A DNA stretch of 64,000 nucleotides. It comes from Octopus vulgaris (taxonomy: Eukaryota). This document shows positions 24,678 through 38,130 of the stretch, in pieces. The translations under genes and the position numbers were made by a program. Location of the stretch: NCBI GenBank assembly GCA_951406725.2, contig OX597814.1:36642001-36706000 (forward strand). Direction: 5' to 3'. Under the pieces are notes generated by a model that saw only the letters and a program-made list of their open reading frames with translations, searched no databases and was not told where the DNA came from. How positions within the stretch are numbered: the first letter of the stretch is position 1; each line of letters starts with the position of its first letter.

Positions 24678-25204
24678 CTTGCGGAATTTTAAATTTTGGT
24701 TTTAAATGATGTATTTTCAAATTAATTTTCGTTAAATTACTTTGACTTTATATATCATTTTAAAGCCCGTTACTCGCTCTATCTTATCCCGTTACATTTT
24801 TTGTTTTTAAATAATTTGGCCATTTTTTCCGGAATGTTGAATACAACATGAACAAAAAGCAAATTCGCACAATTTTTTAATTCTAGTTCAAGCTAGGACG
24901 AAAAGCTGCTGAAACAGCCCTCGACATCAACGCATTTGGCCCAGGAACCAATAACGAACGTGCAGCACAACGGTGGTTCAAGAAATTTCGTAACGGTGAC
25001 GAGAGTCTTGAAGATGATAAGCGTAGTAGTCGGCCATCGGATGTTGATAACGATCAACTAAGAGCCTTAGTCGAAGCCAATCCACGCACAACTGTTCGAG
25101 AGCTTGCTTCTGAATCAGACGTTTCCAACCACTTGAAAGAGATTGGAAAAACAAAAATACTTGAGAAATAGGTACCACATGAATTGAACAACAACCAAAA
25201 ATGT
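24678..25204 (+). mobile_element. Mariner transposase N-terminal half (Hsmar1/cecropia-like), pseudogenised
   Basis: From ATG 24848: MNKKQIRTIF*F*FKLGRKAAETALDINAFGPGT...WFKKFRNGDESLEDDKRSSRPSDVDNDQLRALVEANPRTTVRELA...K*VPHEL, which contains the WVPHEL motif. Confidence 0.92.
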
Positions 25205-25347
25205 GTGGATTCATTATTTTTTTCTCATTGCCTGTGAGTTAAGAGTATTACTGTCTGGGAGGTATCTTATGGTAGTGGAATAGTATTTAGCTGCTATTTG
25301 TAAATTTCGGTATATGGTGAAGCAATTTTGCTAAACCCAAATTATAA

Positions 25348-25570
25348 CTCTTTTACTCTTTTACTTGTTTCAGTCATTTGACTGCGGCCATGCTGGAGCA
25401 CCGCCCTTAGTCGAGCAAATCGACCCGTGACTTATTCTTTGTAAGCCCAGTACTTATTCTATCGGTCTGTTTTGCCGAACCGCTAAGTGACGGGGACGTA
25501 AACACACCAGCATCGGTTGTCAAGCAATGCTAGGGGGACAAACACAGACACACAAACATATACACACACA

Positions 25571-25625
<55 letters not shown>

Positions 25626-25784
25626 GACAGGCTTCTTTCTGTTTCCGTCTACCAAATCCACTCACAAGGCATTGGTCGGCCCGGGGCTATAGCATAAGAC
25701 ACTTGCCCAAGATGCCACGCAGTGGGACTGAACCCGGAACCATGTGGTTGGTTAGCAAGCTACTTACCACACAGCCACTCCTGC
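25348..25784 (-). mobile_element. SINE family B inserted into the old 13240-type repeat
   Basis: Near-identical to the other family-B copies. Confidence 0.92.
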
Positions 25785-26016
25785 TGTTTATAATTATAAT
25801 AATGTTTGTATAAGGTTACCGATAATGGTTCTTTTAACATACCGAACTACTTGGTAAGATTATTAATTATAAATTGATTAATTAATTTTACCCTTTATTA
25901 TTATTGATAATACACACGTATACATATATATTTATACGCACACAAATATACACACACTGACACACATACACGCGCGTGCACACACACACACGTACGCACA
26001 CACACACATAAAAACA

Positions 26017-26395
26017 AAAAAGCTAGTTCTGAAATCTTTCTAACGCAGTAGTTGTACTAACAATTAATGTCCGTAGCCACTTCAACATGGCTGTTGCGTT
26101 CAAACGTACGTTACTGCGTTCATCTCTTAGAAAGATTTTAGAACTAACTTTTTATCTTGTTGCAAAATCAGTGACTGTGAGTCGCTTGAATTTATATTGC
26201 GAATAGAAACGAGCTATTGCCGTGTGTAGTAGACAAGGTGTCCGGTACTGAAGACAGGCAGAAATAAACCGAAATCAGGTTGGCCTGCTGGTCGTGTCAC
26301 TAAAAGATGGTAGGGGTTCTGTCCCCTACTCGCAATATATCGGATGCAGTTGTGCATCATTAACCAGCTAAAGGAGATGTTCTCTTGGATACATG
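26017..26395. repeat. Element with a 27-bp inverted repeat and two hammerhead-like cores (probable Penelope-like terminus)
   Basis: 26017-26043 and 26127-26153 are inverted (25/27 match); ctgaaga..gaaa at 26248-26274; ctaaaaga-gtagggg/cccctac-gcaa at 26300-26335. Confidence 0.5.
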
Positions 26396-26405
26396 TACAT
26401 ATGTA

Positions 26406-26464
<59 letters not shown>

Positions 26465-28254
26465 TATGTATACAATATATATATAATCATAACCCTAGCA
26501 TTATTCTAACATGAAATAATGTAAAGATAACTGTGATTGGCTACCACTGGTGCAACATATAATAAACATTGTTTATACGTGTACATTTTATAGTTCAGAA
26601 AAATACTGTAGTACAGTAAAATGTGTTAGAATTACGACGTAATACTTTGAGTGACTCTGATATATTCCTGCTTGTATAGTATATATTAACTTATACTTCA
26701 GTATTAAGTGGATATCCAACTTTTTCTTTATAATATCATGAAGTATTTCATGTGTTCATTTCTTAGGCTTGTAATCGCACCATATAGTATTTCATGGAAG
26801 TAAGAATATTTTTTATGTTTTCTAATAATTCTTTATAAAAAGTTCAAGATGTTTTTTACTATCTTCTACAATAGATTAGCACTATAAAGTGCTGGAGAAA
26901 ATACTCGTGCAACTAAAGAGATTTGACTGCTTTATTGTCTTTCAAGGTTTCCATTTTTATTCTGTTGAAGACATCTTCAGCGTTTAGAGTTGACGTAGCA
27001 ATAAATAATAGAAAATTCGCCTTATATCTAGCAAGGAAGGTATTTTTATTCAATTTGAGATTGTAGCTACGTAGAATAAATTACACTATTCTGTTGCTGC
27101 ACATAACTTTCAAGGAAGTATGTTTGTGATAGATGGTAATCCTATCAGTTTCAGCTTTAGTGAATAAAGCTGGTTAAATATATTAGTTACACTTACGTCT
27201 ACAATCTAGTAATAGAAAATTCCTGGGAGCTTTAATTCTATAGATTTGTGTGTAGAGTGCTCTAAAGCAGAAAATATGCTCATGTGAGCCCATGACATGG
27301 ATTTGATTCTTAGTAGCTGTAGCACTGTCATTTCCATTCCATTCACATATACTGGAAGAAACTTGAACAAGATATTGTATGAATGTATTATAAAATGTAT
27401 ATATAACTGTTGGTGAATGAATGTGATGCATTCCACTTTACACTTTGAGTAATTTATACCTTTGAGTTGACGCCAAGTAGAGTATTGGTGAAAATTGATT
27501 TAAGTTAGTTTACAGAATAGTTTGTTATTATGAGGCCTGTCTAAGGGCTTCAAATTTAGAGGCCAACACAGTATTAGTAGGCTGATTTATTTCAGTGCTT
27601 AGTAAATGAACCTTTAAGAGAAAGAAAATATTTATTGACTCGATATATTTAAAGACAAGTGATGGAATGAATGTGTATATTTCGTACCTACTGTATAAGG
27701 GTAGTTATTAATTTGTTCGAAAGTAACAATGTCGAATAAGTAATAATGTATTTCCATTTGAAATTTTCACAAAATTGAAAAGTGGTATATAAATTTGCCA
27801 CATAGCGTTTTCACTCAGCTACAGACAACGTTTTAGCTTTCAGTTGCAAAGCCCTGAATACGTTTAAGCCAACCAAACGATAGTATGATCATGGCTTAAG
27901 AAACAAGGGATATATCTTACAAAAGAAAATGAACAAACCTGATAAATTGTGAGAGTGGACGCAAAATATCCCGTATAATATCTTAGAATATTAAAATGCT
28001 TGTTACTACCATTTATATAAATCTCTTTATATCTATATCATTGGAATATTCTTCTAATTTTAGGATAGCCGTACACACACAGGGTAGTGGTTTGTTTGCA
28101 ACATACAATAATTTACTTTATGCATTTGCTTAAAGACACCCGGTGTTGCGATCTCCATCTTCTTCAGTTCATATACGTGTGTGTGAATGTCTGTGCGTGC
28201 GCGCACATGTGAATATATATACACATATATATATATATATATGCGTGTGCGCCT

Positions 28255-28460
28255 TTGTGCATGTGTTTGTCCTCGCCACCGCTGGATAATCGGTGTCAGT
28301 TTGTTTACACCCCCTTAACTTAGCCTTTAAGCAAAAGTGGCCGATAAGCAAAAGAGGCACCTAACGTAAAAGCGTGAAGTACTGGAGGCCATTTGTCCGA
28401 CTAAATCATTTGAAGACAGTGCCCTCAAATGATCGCAGTCTACTGACTGGAACAAATAAA
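28255..28460 (+). mobile_element. SINE family B, old 3' half
   Basis: tgtttgtcc...tgtttacacccc.ttaacttagc...gcagtc..tgactggaacaa. Confidence 0.6.
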
Positions 28461-28775
28461 AAAAAAAAAACACACACACATGCACACACATAGTGTACTG
28501 TTCCGTGATGGTAAGATTAACAAAAAGTACTCCATCTGGTTAGACTTCAAAACCCCATAGTCTAGCCACGTATGGGGTTTGAAATCTAACGCCGTACCAC
28601 ATACTATAAAGGGGAAAATAATAGAAAAGTCCACACTGTATGCCAACAGACCATAAAAAAAACAAAAAAACGTAGCTGAAAGAATAGAGACTGGTAGCAT
28701 GTGCATCTGCAATATTCTTGCAAAATATCTAAAAACATAATGATCGTATTACAGAATGTATTGATTTTACATTTA

Positions 28776-29058
<283 letters not shown>

Positions 29059-29317
29059 CTCTTCTACTCCTCGCCATTTGAAAGATTTTTGTCAACCTTC
29101 CGCTCTCTCTTGTACATGTTCTGTAGATATGGACTGATAGTTACCCGCTTTTAAAGTTATTAAATATAGACTAGCTATATTATTCAATGTGAAAGTCTAT
29201 CCCCACTGAGACAAAGAGAGGGTTTTTTAAATTATACCCAAATATCAAGTTACCTGAGCAACCATAAGCATCAGGCAATAAAAACCAGAACGGCTGCTCT
29301 ATAAAGATAAATACATA

Positions 29318-29495
29318 TGACTTTGATCACTTTGACCGACCAGTCCGTCAGGCGTCCATTTGACACCGCTAGTCACAGCACGCTTTCCACTCCTCTCTGG
29401 ATCGCGCCTTTCTCATCCACGTGATCCCAATCGTCCTCTTGAAATCGTCACTCCACCGTCGTGGAGGTCTTCCGGGTGGTCTTTTCCACCCGGAA
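29318..29495 (-). mobile_element. RTE-clade LINE extreme 3' end (second RTE family, no zinc finger)
   Basis: WKRPPGRPPRRWSDDFKRTIGITWMRKARSREEWKACCD matches the RTE-1-type KR.RGRP..RW.D C-terminal motif; short tandem-repeat tail. Confidence 0.85.
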
Positions 29496-29758
29496 ATACA
29501 TATACATATATTTATAATGCTGATGCGTAGATGTACTGAACGACAGCCTCGGCCTGAACAGTTACGGTAGAATCGTGACAGTTGCCATGTGACGCGAAGC
29601 AACAATCAGCACCAAATAACATATATATTCTGAAGCTAACATATTTCTTTTTTGAATGCCTTCAACACTAATTATTTTGGCTTAAACACATGGTCTCCAC
29701 AAGCCAAGTCTGATCATCTCCGAAAATATGGGAATATGGGGGACACATAATAATTGTT

Positions 29759-30052
29759 TATCACGTGATCACGTGACCGACCAGACCATCAGATGTTGTT
29801 ACACATCGCTGGTCACAATGCGTTCGCATTGTTTTAGCCTTCGAATGACGCCACGCCGCTGGCTAAGCGAGCAGGCCAACAGAAGAAAGAGTGGTGAAAG
29901 AGTACAGCAGGGATCACCACCCCCTGCCGGAGCCTCGTGGAGCTTTTAGGTGTTTTCGCTCAATAAACACTCACAACACCCGGTCTGGGAATCGAAACCG
30001 CGATCCTGCGACCGCGAGTCCGCTGCCCTAACCACTAGGCCATTGCGCCTCC
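29759..30052 (-). mobile_element. SINE family C (tRNA head, RTE-derived tail)
   Basis: Head ggaggcgcaatggcctagtggttagg...ggtttcgattccc (A and B boxes); the 3' ~60 nt resemble the LINE tail at 29322-29382. Confidence 0.88.
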
Positions 30053-30295
30053 ACATAATTGTTTATATATATTGCAAACTACGGTCATGACTAGTAGACA
30101 TGTATAACCAGTAACGACGAAGGATTATACCCAGAAAGCAGCTCGTCTATTGGTTCCTGTCAGCGCTAGATGGGAGTCGTTCGCTCCCTTCTTTGCAATA
30201 TAACGGACACAGATAGTGTGTTAAAAAGCACAGTAACCACGTTCTGTATTGAACAACTACGTTGAAGTGATAACAACCATTACTTATATATATAA

Positions 30296-30458
30296 ATTGT
30301 GTTCTTGTGCCAAACTCATCATGTCACGTTGCAACAGTCCACTCAGCTGGCAAAAATGAGTAATCCTGCGACGGGACGCCGTCCCATCCAGGTGGAGAAT
30401 ATATACGCCATTGAAACCAAGTAACCGGCCCTTATGAACGTGACAAGGCTCGAGAAAG
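30296..30458 (+). mobile_element. SINE family D fragment
   Basis: cactcagctggcaaaaatgagtaa.cctgcga matches 32540-32575. Confidence 0.7.
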
Positions 30459-30541
30459 AAATATTTATTTTATTCTATATATATATGTATATATATATAT
30501 ATTCCTTATGTATAGTCACTGCCAACCACCACTTGACAACC

Positions 30542-30772
30542 TATTTCTTTATTACCCACAAGGGGCTAAACATAGAGGAGACAAACATGGACAGACATAG
30601 GTATGAAGTCGATTATATCGACCCCCAGTGCTTAACTGGTACTTAATTTATCGACCTCGAAAGGATGAAAGGCAAAGTCTACCTCAGCGGAATTTGAACT
30701 CACAACGTAACGGTAGCCGAAATACCGCTAAGCATTTCGCCCGACGTGCTAACGATTCTGCTAGCTCGCCGC
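30542..30772 (-). mobile_element. SINE family A nested in an old family-B copy (host continues to ~30935)
   Basis: Target-site duplication cttgacaacc at 30532-30541 and 30773-30782. Confidence 0.88.
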
Positions 30773-30976
30773 CTTGACAACCGTTGTTCGTGCGCTTGCG
30801 TTCCCGCAACCTAGAAGTTCAGCAAGAGAAGCCGATAAGTGCCAACAAATTACTAGTCTTCATACGTTCGACTAAAATTCCTCAAGATATTGGCCCAGCA
30901 TAGCTGTAGTTTAATGACTGAGACAAGTAAAAGTAGAAGATTTATCTGCCGATCTGTATGCACACAGGCACACATA

Positions 30977-31082
<106 letters not shown>

Positions 31083-31302
31083 ATGCATTCATACACAAAC
31101 CCAGAAGCTTTACTTGTGCAAAAATTTATAATTTGAAAGATTATAATAATTTTGATAATGCAATAACAAATATACGTACACAATGGAAAAGTGTGTATGT
31201 ATGTGCATGTATGTATGTGTATGAATATATCTACACATACTTATACATCAATAGAGAAATCTATATATAAATACATATACACACTTAACGATAGTCTTAA
31301 TA

Positions 31303-31346
<44 letters not shown>

Positions 31347-31496
31347 TATATGAATAAATTATTAATGTATATGTATGAGTATTTAGTGTGTATGTGTGTG
31401 TGTGTATATATATATATATACATGTATAAATATAAATATATATGTATACATATATACATTTATTTATTTATATATATATATATATGTATGTATATG

Positions 31497-31528
<32 letters not shown>

Positions 31529-31628
31529 AGCGAGTGTGTGTTTGTATAATGGTGCTCGCAAATACGTATAAAAGATTTCATCTGGACGAAAATTCAATAA
31601 TAATAAAAATCAGTGATACTACTACTAC

Positions 31629-31688
<60 letters not shown>

Positions 31689-31689
31689 A

Positions 31690-31725
<36 letters not shown>

Positions 31726-32415
31726 GATGATGATGATGATGTCGTTGGCAAAATTTATGAAAACAACTAAAATATTTCATGAACACTATGCTGATACGAT
31801 ATTTTATATTTGTATCTAATCAAGTAATTCAACGTCTTTGGAAATTGAATTGTTTTACTCTGCAATATCGTTTCAGCATTTTCCACTTAGTAGTAGTAGT
31901 AGTAGTAGTAGTGTTAGTAGTAGCAGCAGTAGTAGTAGGAGGAGGAGGTGTAGGAGGAGTAGTTGATATTGCTGCTGATGTTATTGTAGTAGTCGTAGTA
32001 GTTTTGCTGATGGTGGTGGTTGCAAAAGTATTTCGTATAAATATAAATAATAATAATGACACGAATAACAATTTAAAGAAGAGTACAAAAAAAAAGGAAA
32101 CAACACAAAGAAACCGAACATTGTTGTCATCTTGTCTATTGATTGAGTCGGAATATTTTGAACTTTTGTCCTTTTAAACTTCAAGCTGTCAATTAATCTC
32201 AATAAAAACATATGTAGATATAATCAAGATAGATATATGGAACATACACATACACATATGCACTCTTACACTCACATATTTATATTTTACATATGTATGT
32301 AGATAAGTGTATAACACGCGCGTACATATATTTGTATCTGTATATATATATTTATATATATATATGTATATATATGTATATATATGTATATACATATATG
32401 TATGTGTGTGTGTGT

Positions 32416-32648
32416 GGAGGCGCGTGGCTTAGTGGTTAGAGTGATAGCACCATGATCATAAGATTGTGGTTTCGAATCCTGGATCGGGCGATGCGTTAGG
32501 TTCTTGAGCAAAACACTTCATTTCACGTGGCTCCAGTTCACTCAACTGGCAAAAATGAGTAACCCTACAATGGACTGGGGAACACACACGCGATAGAAAC
32601 CGGGAAACCGGGCCCATGAGCCTGGCTAAGCTTTAAAAGGGCGCATTT
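32416..32648 (+). mobile_element. SINE family D (tRNA head)
   Basis: ggaggcgcgtggcttagtggttag (A box), ggtttcgaatcc (B box). Confidence 0.85.
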
Positions 32649-32669
32649 ATTATATATATGGGATTAAGC

Positions 32670-32830
32670 ACTAAATGTAAAACAAGGTGGAAAAAACAGT
32701 ACTCGAATATAACGGAGGTAGAGTAATACGCTTTATTAATAAAGCCGCAAAGACATTATAAAAACTGTTACTCAGAGTTTTGCGTTCCCGTTCGTCGAAC
32801 ACAACCAAAACTGCTGTGCAGTTTTATAAA
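32670..32830 (-). mobile_element. Probable Penelope-like terminal fragment
   Basis: Minus strand tcgacgaacgggaacgcaaaac resembles a decayed CTGACGA-stem-GAAAC core, followed by aataaa and a T-rich tail. Confidence 0.4.
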
Positions 32831-32846
32831 TAAAGTATACATATTT

Positions 32847-33225
32847 AAGGCGGTGACCTGGTAGAAACGTTAGCACGCCGGGTGAAATGCTTAGCGGTAT
32901 TTCGTCTGTCTTTACGTTCTGGGTTCAAATTCCGCCGAGGTCAACTTTGCCTTTCATCCTTTCGGGGTCGATTAAATAAGTACCAGTTACGCACTGGGGT
33001 CAATATAATCGACTTAATCCGTTTGTCTGTCTTTGTTTGTCCCCTCCGTGTTTAGCCCCTTGTGGGTAGTAAAGAAATAGGTATTTCGTCTGCCGCTACC
33101 TTCTGAGTTCAAATTCCACCGGGGTCAACTTTGCCGTTCATCCTTTCGGGGTCGATTACATAAGTACCACTTACGCACTGGGGTCAATGTAATCGACTTA
33201 AACCCATTGTCTTTGTTTGTCCCAT
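32847..33225 (+). mobile_element. SINE family A, dimeric form
   Basis: Same monomer junction as the other dimers. Confidence 0.92.
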
Positions 33226-33807
33226 CTATTGTGATGTTATTGCAGTTAAAAAAAAACAAGTATATATATATATATACACACACATACATACATATACATA
33301 TATACATATATATATACACACATAAAGATGGATAGAGAGAATATAAATATTTTTTTAATTCTATTACTATTTTCAACCAGAGAATAAGATCATGCTAGAA
33401 CACCAAATATGTAACATGATGGTGAAAGTCACATCTGTGGCGCACGTAAATCTTATATTCACGATTTACTGAATCTACATTCGGGATCTACTGTATATTA
33501 TACCAAGAGCTACGGAAGTTATCGGAGTCTGATTTGATACTGTTTTCCTTATTTCAATGAAATCAGCATTGAATGTCTCCACTCTCGTGTACTAACCTGT
33601 TATTATATCATTATCGTACTTGATAACCTCAGCATTTGAACTATTGATCTCGCGATAGATTTGCTGTCCATTTCCTCAATCGCCTTCTATAGATATTTCA
33701 CACTCTGAAGAACAGTACGTTATTTATATTTGACGAATATTTTTTCTCATCTTGTTTGCATGTTGTTGTTGTTGTTGTTATTATTATTATTATTATTAAT
33801 ATTAATA

Positions 33808-34574
33808 TGCCTGGAATCGAACACGGAATCTTGGTGGTAGTAGCCTGCGCTCTTAACCACTAAGCCATATGCCCGTGAGCAATTATGGAGTGAATTGTAG
33901 GGCTTATAAATCTAATATTTTCCTATCCTTCCATAATACCGGTTCCCATAACCTATTCATATCTGCACTCGGTCTGCTTAGGAGATTGTTGTGTCCTAGC
34001 ATATGTGCTGCTTCTTTTAGTTTTCGTAGTTTCCAGTAGTGTTCTCTGTCTATTATTTTAACTTCACCCCACACGGGGAGGTGGTCTCCATTTTTCCACA
34101 CATGCTCAGCTATACCCGATTTATCAATATCTCCTCATGTCACAGCTTTGCGATGTTCCTCTACCCTTATTTTGAGGGGACGCCATGTCTCGCTTTTCTA
34201 TAACCTATCACCCCTGCATGGGATGGAGTACGCGCAATTTTTGGTCATATTCTCTTCTATTGGTGGTTTTATCCGAAGGAGATATTTGCGAAGTGTTGTA
34301 TTACTCTTGAATACTGTCCTGATGTCATATGAGCCGCATATCTTTTGTATCTTTTCGGAGTGGCTTTTCACATAAGGTAGACAGTTTATTAGTTTCATCC
34401 TCTCTTTTCTTCATAATTGGAGTAGATAGTATGTTTTGTGGGTAGCTGTTGCTTAATAGATTGTTACTGTGTTTAGTAGATTGTTACCCAAAAACATACT
34501 AGCTACTCCAATTATGAAGAAAGGAGAGGATGAAACCAATAAAATGTCTACAGTATGTCTACCTTATGTGAAAG
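33808..34574 (-). mobile_element. Penelope-like retroelement: GIY-YIG endonuclease region, tRNA-like 3' segment and inverted 5' duplication
   Basis: LPYVKSHSEKIQKICGSYDIRTVFKSNTTLRKYL...AYSIPC...ETWRPLKIRVEEHRK...KSGIAEHVW...H...W..VKIIDRE...RKLKEAAH to the stop at 33904; two internal stops. Confidence 0.92.
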
Positions 34575-34851
34575 AATGAACTTGCCTGTTTTCCTGTTTG
34601 GTTTTCTTTTTCCATCCCCACTTTGTTGTATTTGTTATATTTACTTCTGTATAACTAATTTATAAATCCTTTGATGGAAAGAACTCATTTTATTTTATTA
34701 TTCTTTTATTAGCTCGGTCGATACATTTCCTACAGACAACTTGTGTTTACTTGGATTCCGTCTACAATCGTTTAACGTTGAATTCTATTTTTTCCATCCG
34801 TCAAAAGGCATATAATGTATCTATTATATGCCTTTTGACATATTCTCACCA

Positions 34852-34854
<3 letters not shown>

Positions 34855-34924
<70 letters not shown>
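34855..34924. repeat. (TCTA)n microsatellite; others at 38627-38752, 58009-58085 and 62120-62348
   Basis: Visible runs. Confidence 0.97.
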
Positions 34925-34945
34925 TTATTAATCATTCTTAAACAA

Positions 34946-35340
34946 GGCGCAGGAGTGGCTATGTGGTAAGTAGCTTGCTTACCAACCACATGGTTCCGGG
35001 TTCAGTCCCACTGTGTGGCACCTTGGGCAAGTGTCTTCTGCTATAGCCTCGGGCCGACCAATGCCTTGTGAGTGGATTTGGTAGACAGAAACTGAAAGAA
35101 GCCTGTCGTATATATGTATATATATATGTATTTGTGTGTCTGTGTTTGTCCCCCTAGCATTGCTTGATAACCGATGCTGGTGTGTTTACGTCCCCGTCAC
35201 TTAGCGGTTCGGCAAAAGAGACCGATAGAATAAGTACTGGGCTTACAAAGAATAAGTCCCGGGGTCGATTTGCTCGACCAAAGGCGGTGCTCCAGCATGG
35301 CCGCAGTCAAATGAGTGAAACAAGTAAAAGAGTAAAAGAG
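34946..35340 (+). mobile_element. SINE family B, full length
   Basis: ggcgcaggagtggctatgtggt head through to the gtaaaagagtaaaagag tail. Confidence 0.93.
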
Positions 35341-36998
35341 AAAGAATGTGTTGAGAGTGACTTCGAAGTTTCGGTCAATTAAACCATCTATCTATGCATT
35401 TGTGTGTGTATGTATGCTTGTATGCATCTAAAAAAAAAGTCTCTTTGTTTTTCAGTAATCCTTATTCAGTAATCCTGTTTCAAGCTTTGCTTCAATTTCT
35501 TCTTGCATTTCATTTCATCTTTTGGATTACTAATATCTCATCTTGCTTGAGTACTGTGTATTTCTACCTGTATGACCTCAGTCAGTATCTCACCAGTATA
35601 TTCACCTGATTCCTTCTGTGATATTTTCTGTCTCTTCAGTTTACCTCTCTTAACGCAATTATAGATTTTTTTTCATCCAGTTATATAAACTCTTTAGCTT
35701 TTTAATTCCTTCCTTAAATGCAGAGCTGTAGTTTTTTCTTTCCATCTCTTCACTATTCCTCGATCACCCTTATATCTATCCTTATATTTCCTGATTTTTC
35801 AACAGAATATACCTCTGGTACTGGTAGAAAACTTGCTAACTCTCTCCCTCTCCCTGTCTCCCTATCTACCTTTCTTCCCCTGCGTTAATCCTCTGTACCT
35901 TTACATATCAGTGCTATTCACCTATCATTACAATACTGTCTCTGTTTTTCATTACAGCTATTTCATTCGTGACAGAAAGAGGGAAGGAGCCAGCAAACTA
36001 ACTAGACACACATGGCTTGGCATTAACATAGCTCTCTCTGTATATTTCCCTGTGCAAATATATTTATTGGAACAATAACACATTCTGAGTGTATAATGAC
36101 ACTGACTTAGCAGCTTAGCTTTATCTCTATAACGACGGTGTTTCAGATGGTCAGAAATAAAGGTCAGAAAACAAACAATTTTATAAAAGTAATGGAAATC
36201 ATGAATATGCTATGGTATTATAATCTAAATAAACGTTTATATGTAGTATGAAATTCTGAAAACTTTTAGTCATGCTATAATAAAGTGTAACACCAATGCA
36301 TCACTGTATTGCTATACGGCGTTTGATTCATCGAGGTTTTAAAAAAGAGGAGTGAAATTCCAGTCAAATATACCGTAGTTTCTTCAAATCACATTGCTCC
36401 TAGATATACTTAAATAAGAGACAGTTACGATTGAAGTACATTTTATTATCGGTAAAGTGCTTTGAATAATTCTTATAAATAAGATGCTATCTAAAAATGT
36501 ATTACTCTTCTTTAAACTTAGACACCAACAACCTTGATTTTATTTCAATATACGGTTTGTCGTAAATTTTAGCATTTGCTTTCAGATTGAATTTGTAAAC
36601 AAACTCATTAGACTTTATTAATATAGACTGAGGCACAACATGAAAAGAAATACGCATATGTAAAGGATTTATTGATTAAACCTAAATAATTTATTCTACG
36701 GTTGTGCTTAGAGTCAGTTTCATGTCAATGATCGTTAAAACTCACCACGGGATAATATGCATGCATATCAAAGATAACATTCGTAAGTGAGTGTAGGATT
36801 TATACATAACCAGTATACGCATTCAAATCATATAGCAGAAAGTGATTTAACGAAATCACATATAAACGAACCTTAGGGACAGAGAATTAAAACTGTAATT
36901 GTGCCTCGTTTTCTAATAATCTTTATTGTATTAGTAAATAAAATTAATTTATACGAAAGATATTAGCTATATCACATCAATGCATCTCGACCGAAAAG

Positions 36999-37105
<107 letters not shown>

Positions 37106-37894
37106 CATACATAAAAATATGCTATTGTTACGATTGTGCTACTCTCAGCATTGGTAGGATAGCTGTCTAGATACAAAGGATTACTCAGGTGTACTGAAAT
37201 TATACACAACAAAATGGAGCCTCCTACCCCAATATTATTGGTCAATGAAAATTGTGTTCTCTATTACCCCACAATGCGTCTCTCCGTTTGCCTTTTTGTC
37301 TCTTAAGCGATCAAGTCTCGAGAAACACTGATTAGCAATGGACTGAATTATCCACTGCTAATTCTACACACTCACATATTAGCGCATGGTAAAACGTATA
37401 AAACCTATTCCTTTGCATTTATATTTTCCTCTCATGTAGTCCAAACTTCAAAATGATGATCGTGCATCTGTTCTTAATTCTTTAAAGTATTTCTGTAAAT
37501 AACATACTGCCTAAAATACAAATTTCTCTTATTTGAATGTATATACAAACATATATATCTTTAATTCTTTTTCTAGACATATTTGTCGAATGTTTTATTG
37601 TTTCGCCTGCAAATTCAACTTATGGAACACCAGTTAGAATGTCTGTCTGCTATCATAAAACCACGTTCAGACAGTAACTTAAACATGTAGACTACAAGTG
37701 ATCTTTATAGTGATTATATATACAAATATGAATTTATAATCTGAAAAGTTAAAGTGCCCGTTTAGAAGCAGTCGACCATAAATATTTTCATACACAAAAT
37801 TTTTAAGGAGATGATCATTACCACTGGGCTGCAAAATTTCACGACAGTCTATAACATTGGTTTTGTTTTGCAAGCAATTATATTAAACGAATAG

Positions 37895-38130
37895 TGGTCT
37901 CATGGGAGAACAGGGGACATGTGGGATGAAGAGTCGCTGAAGAAGTCACAGGTCTCATAGAAATCTTCTATGTGAGAATGTATGACAAAGTTTAACATCA
38001 TAACGTGTTGCAGAGCACTTTTTCAGAAGGATGGCACTGGATGGCACTTTATATTGCTCCAGCAACTGCATCCAGTAAACTGGAGGAGTTATATGTTGAT
38101 CACAATTTAAGACAACGACTGATAAAATAG
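37895..38130 (+). mobile_element. Possible decayed pogo/psq-type transposase N-terminus
   Basis: RTGDMWDEESLKK...KFNI...LEELYVDH resembles HTH_psq followed by CENP-B-like motifs; frames are broken. Confidence 0.3.

Noticed and set aside
33808-33874. Possible tRNA gene (also the SINE heads at 30052, 32416 and 34946)
   Set aside because: A and B boxes are present but there is no acceptor stem, and the sequence continues into repeat bodies.
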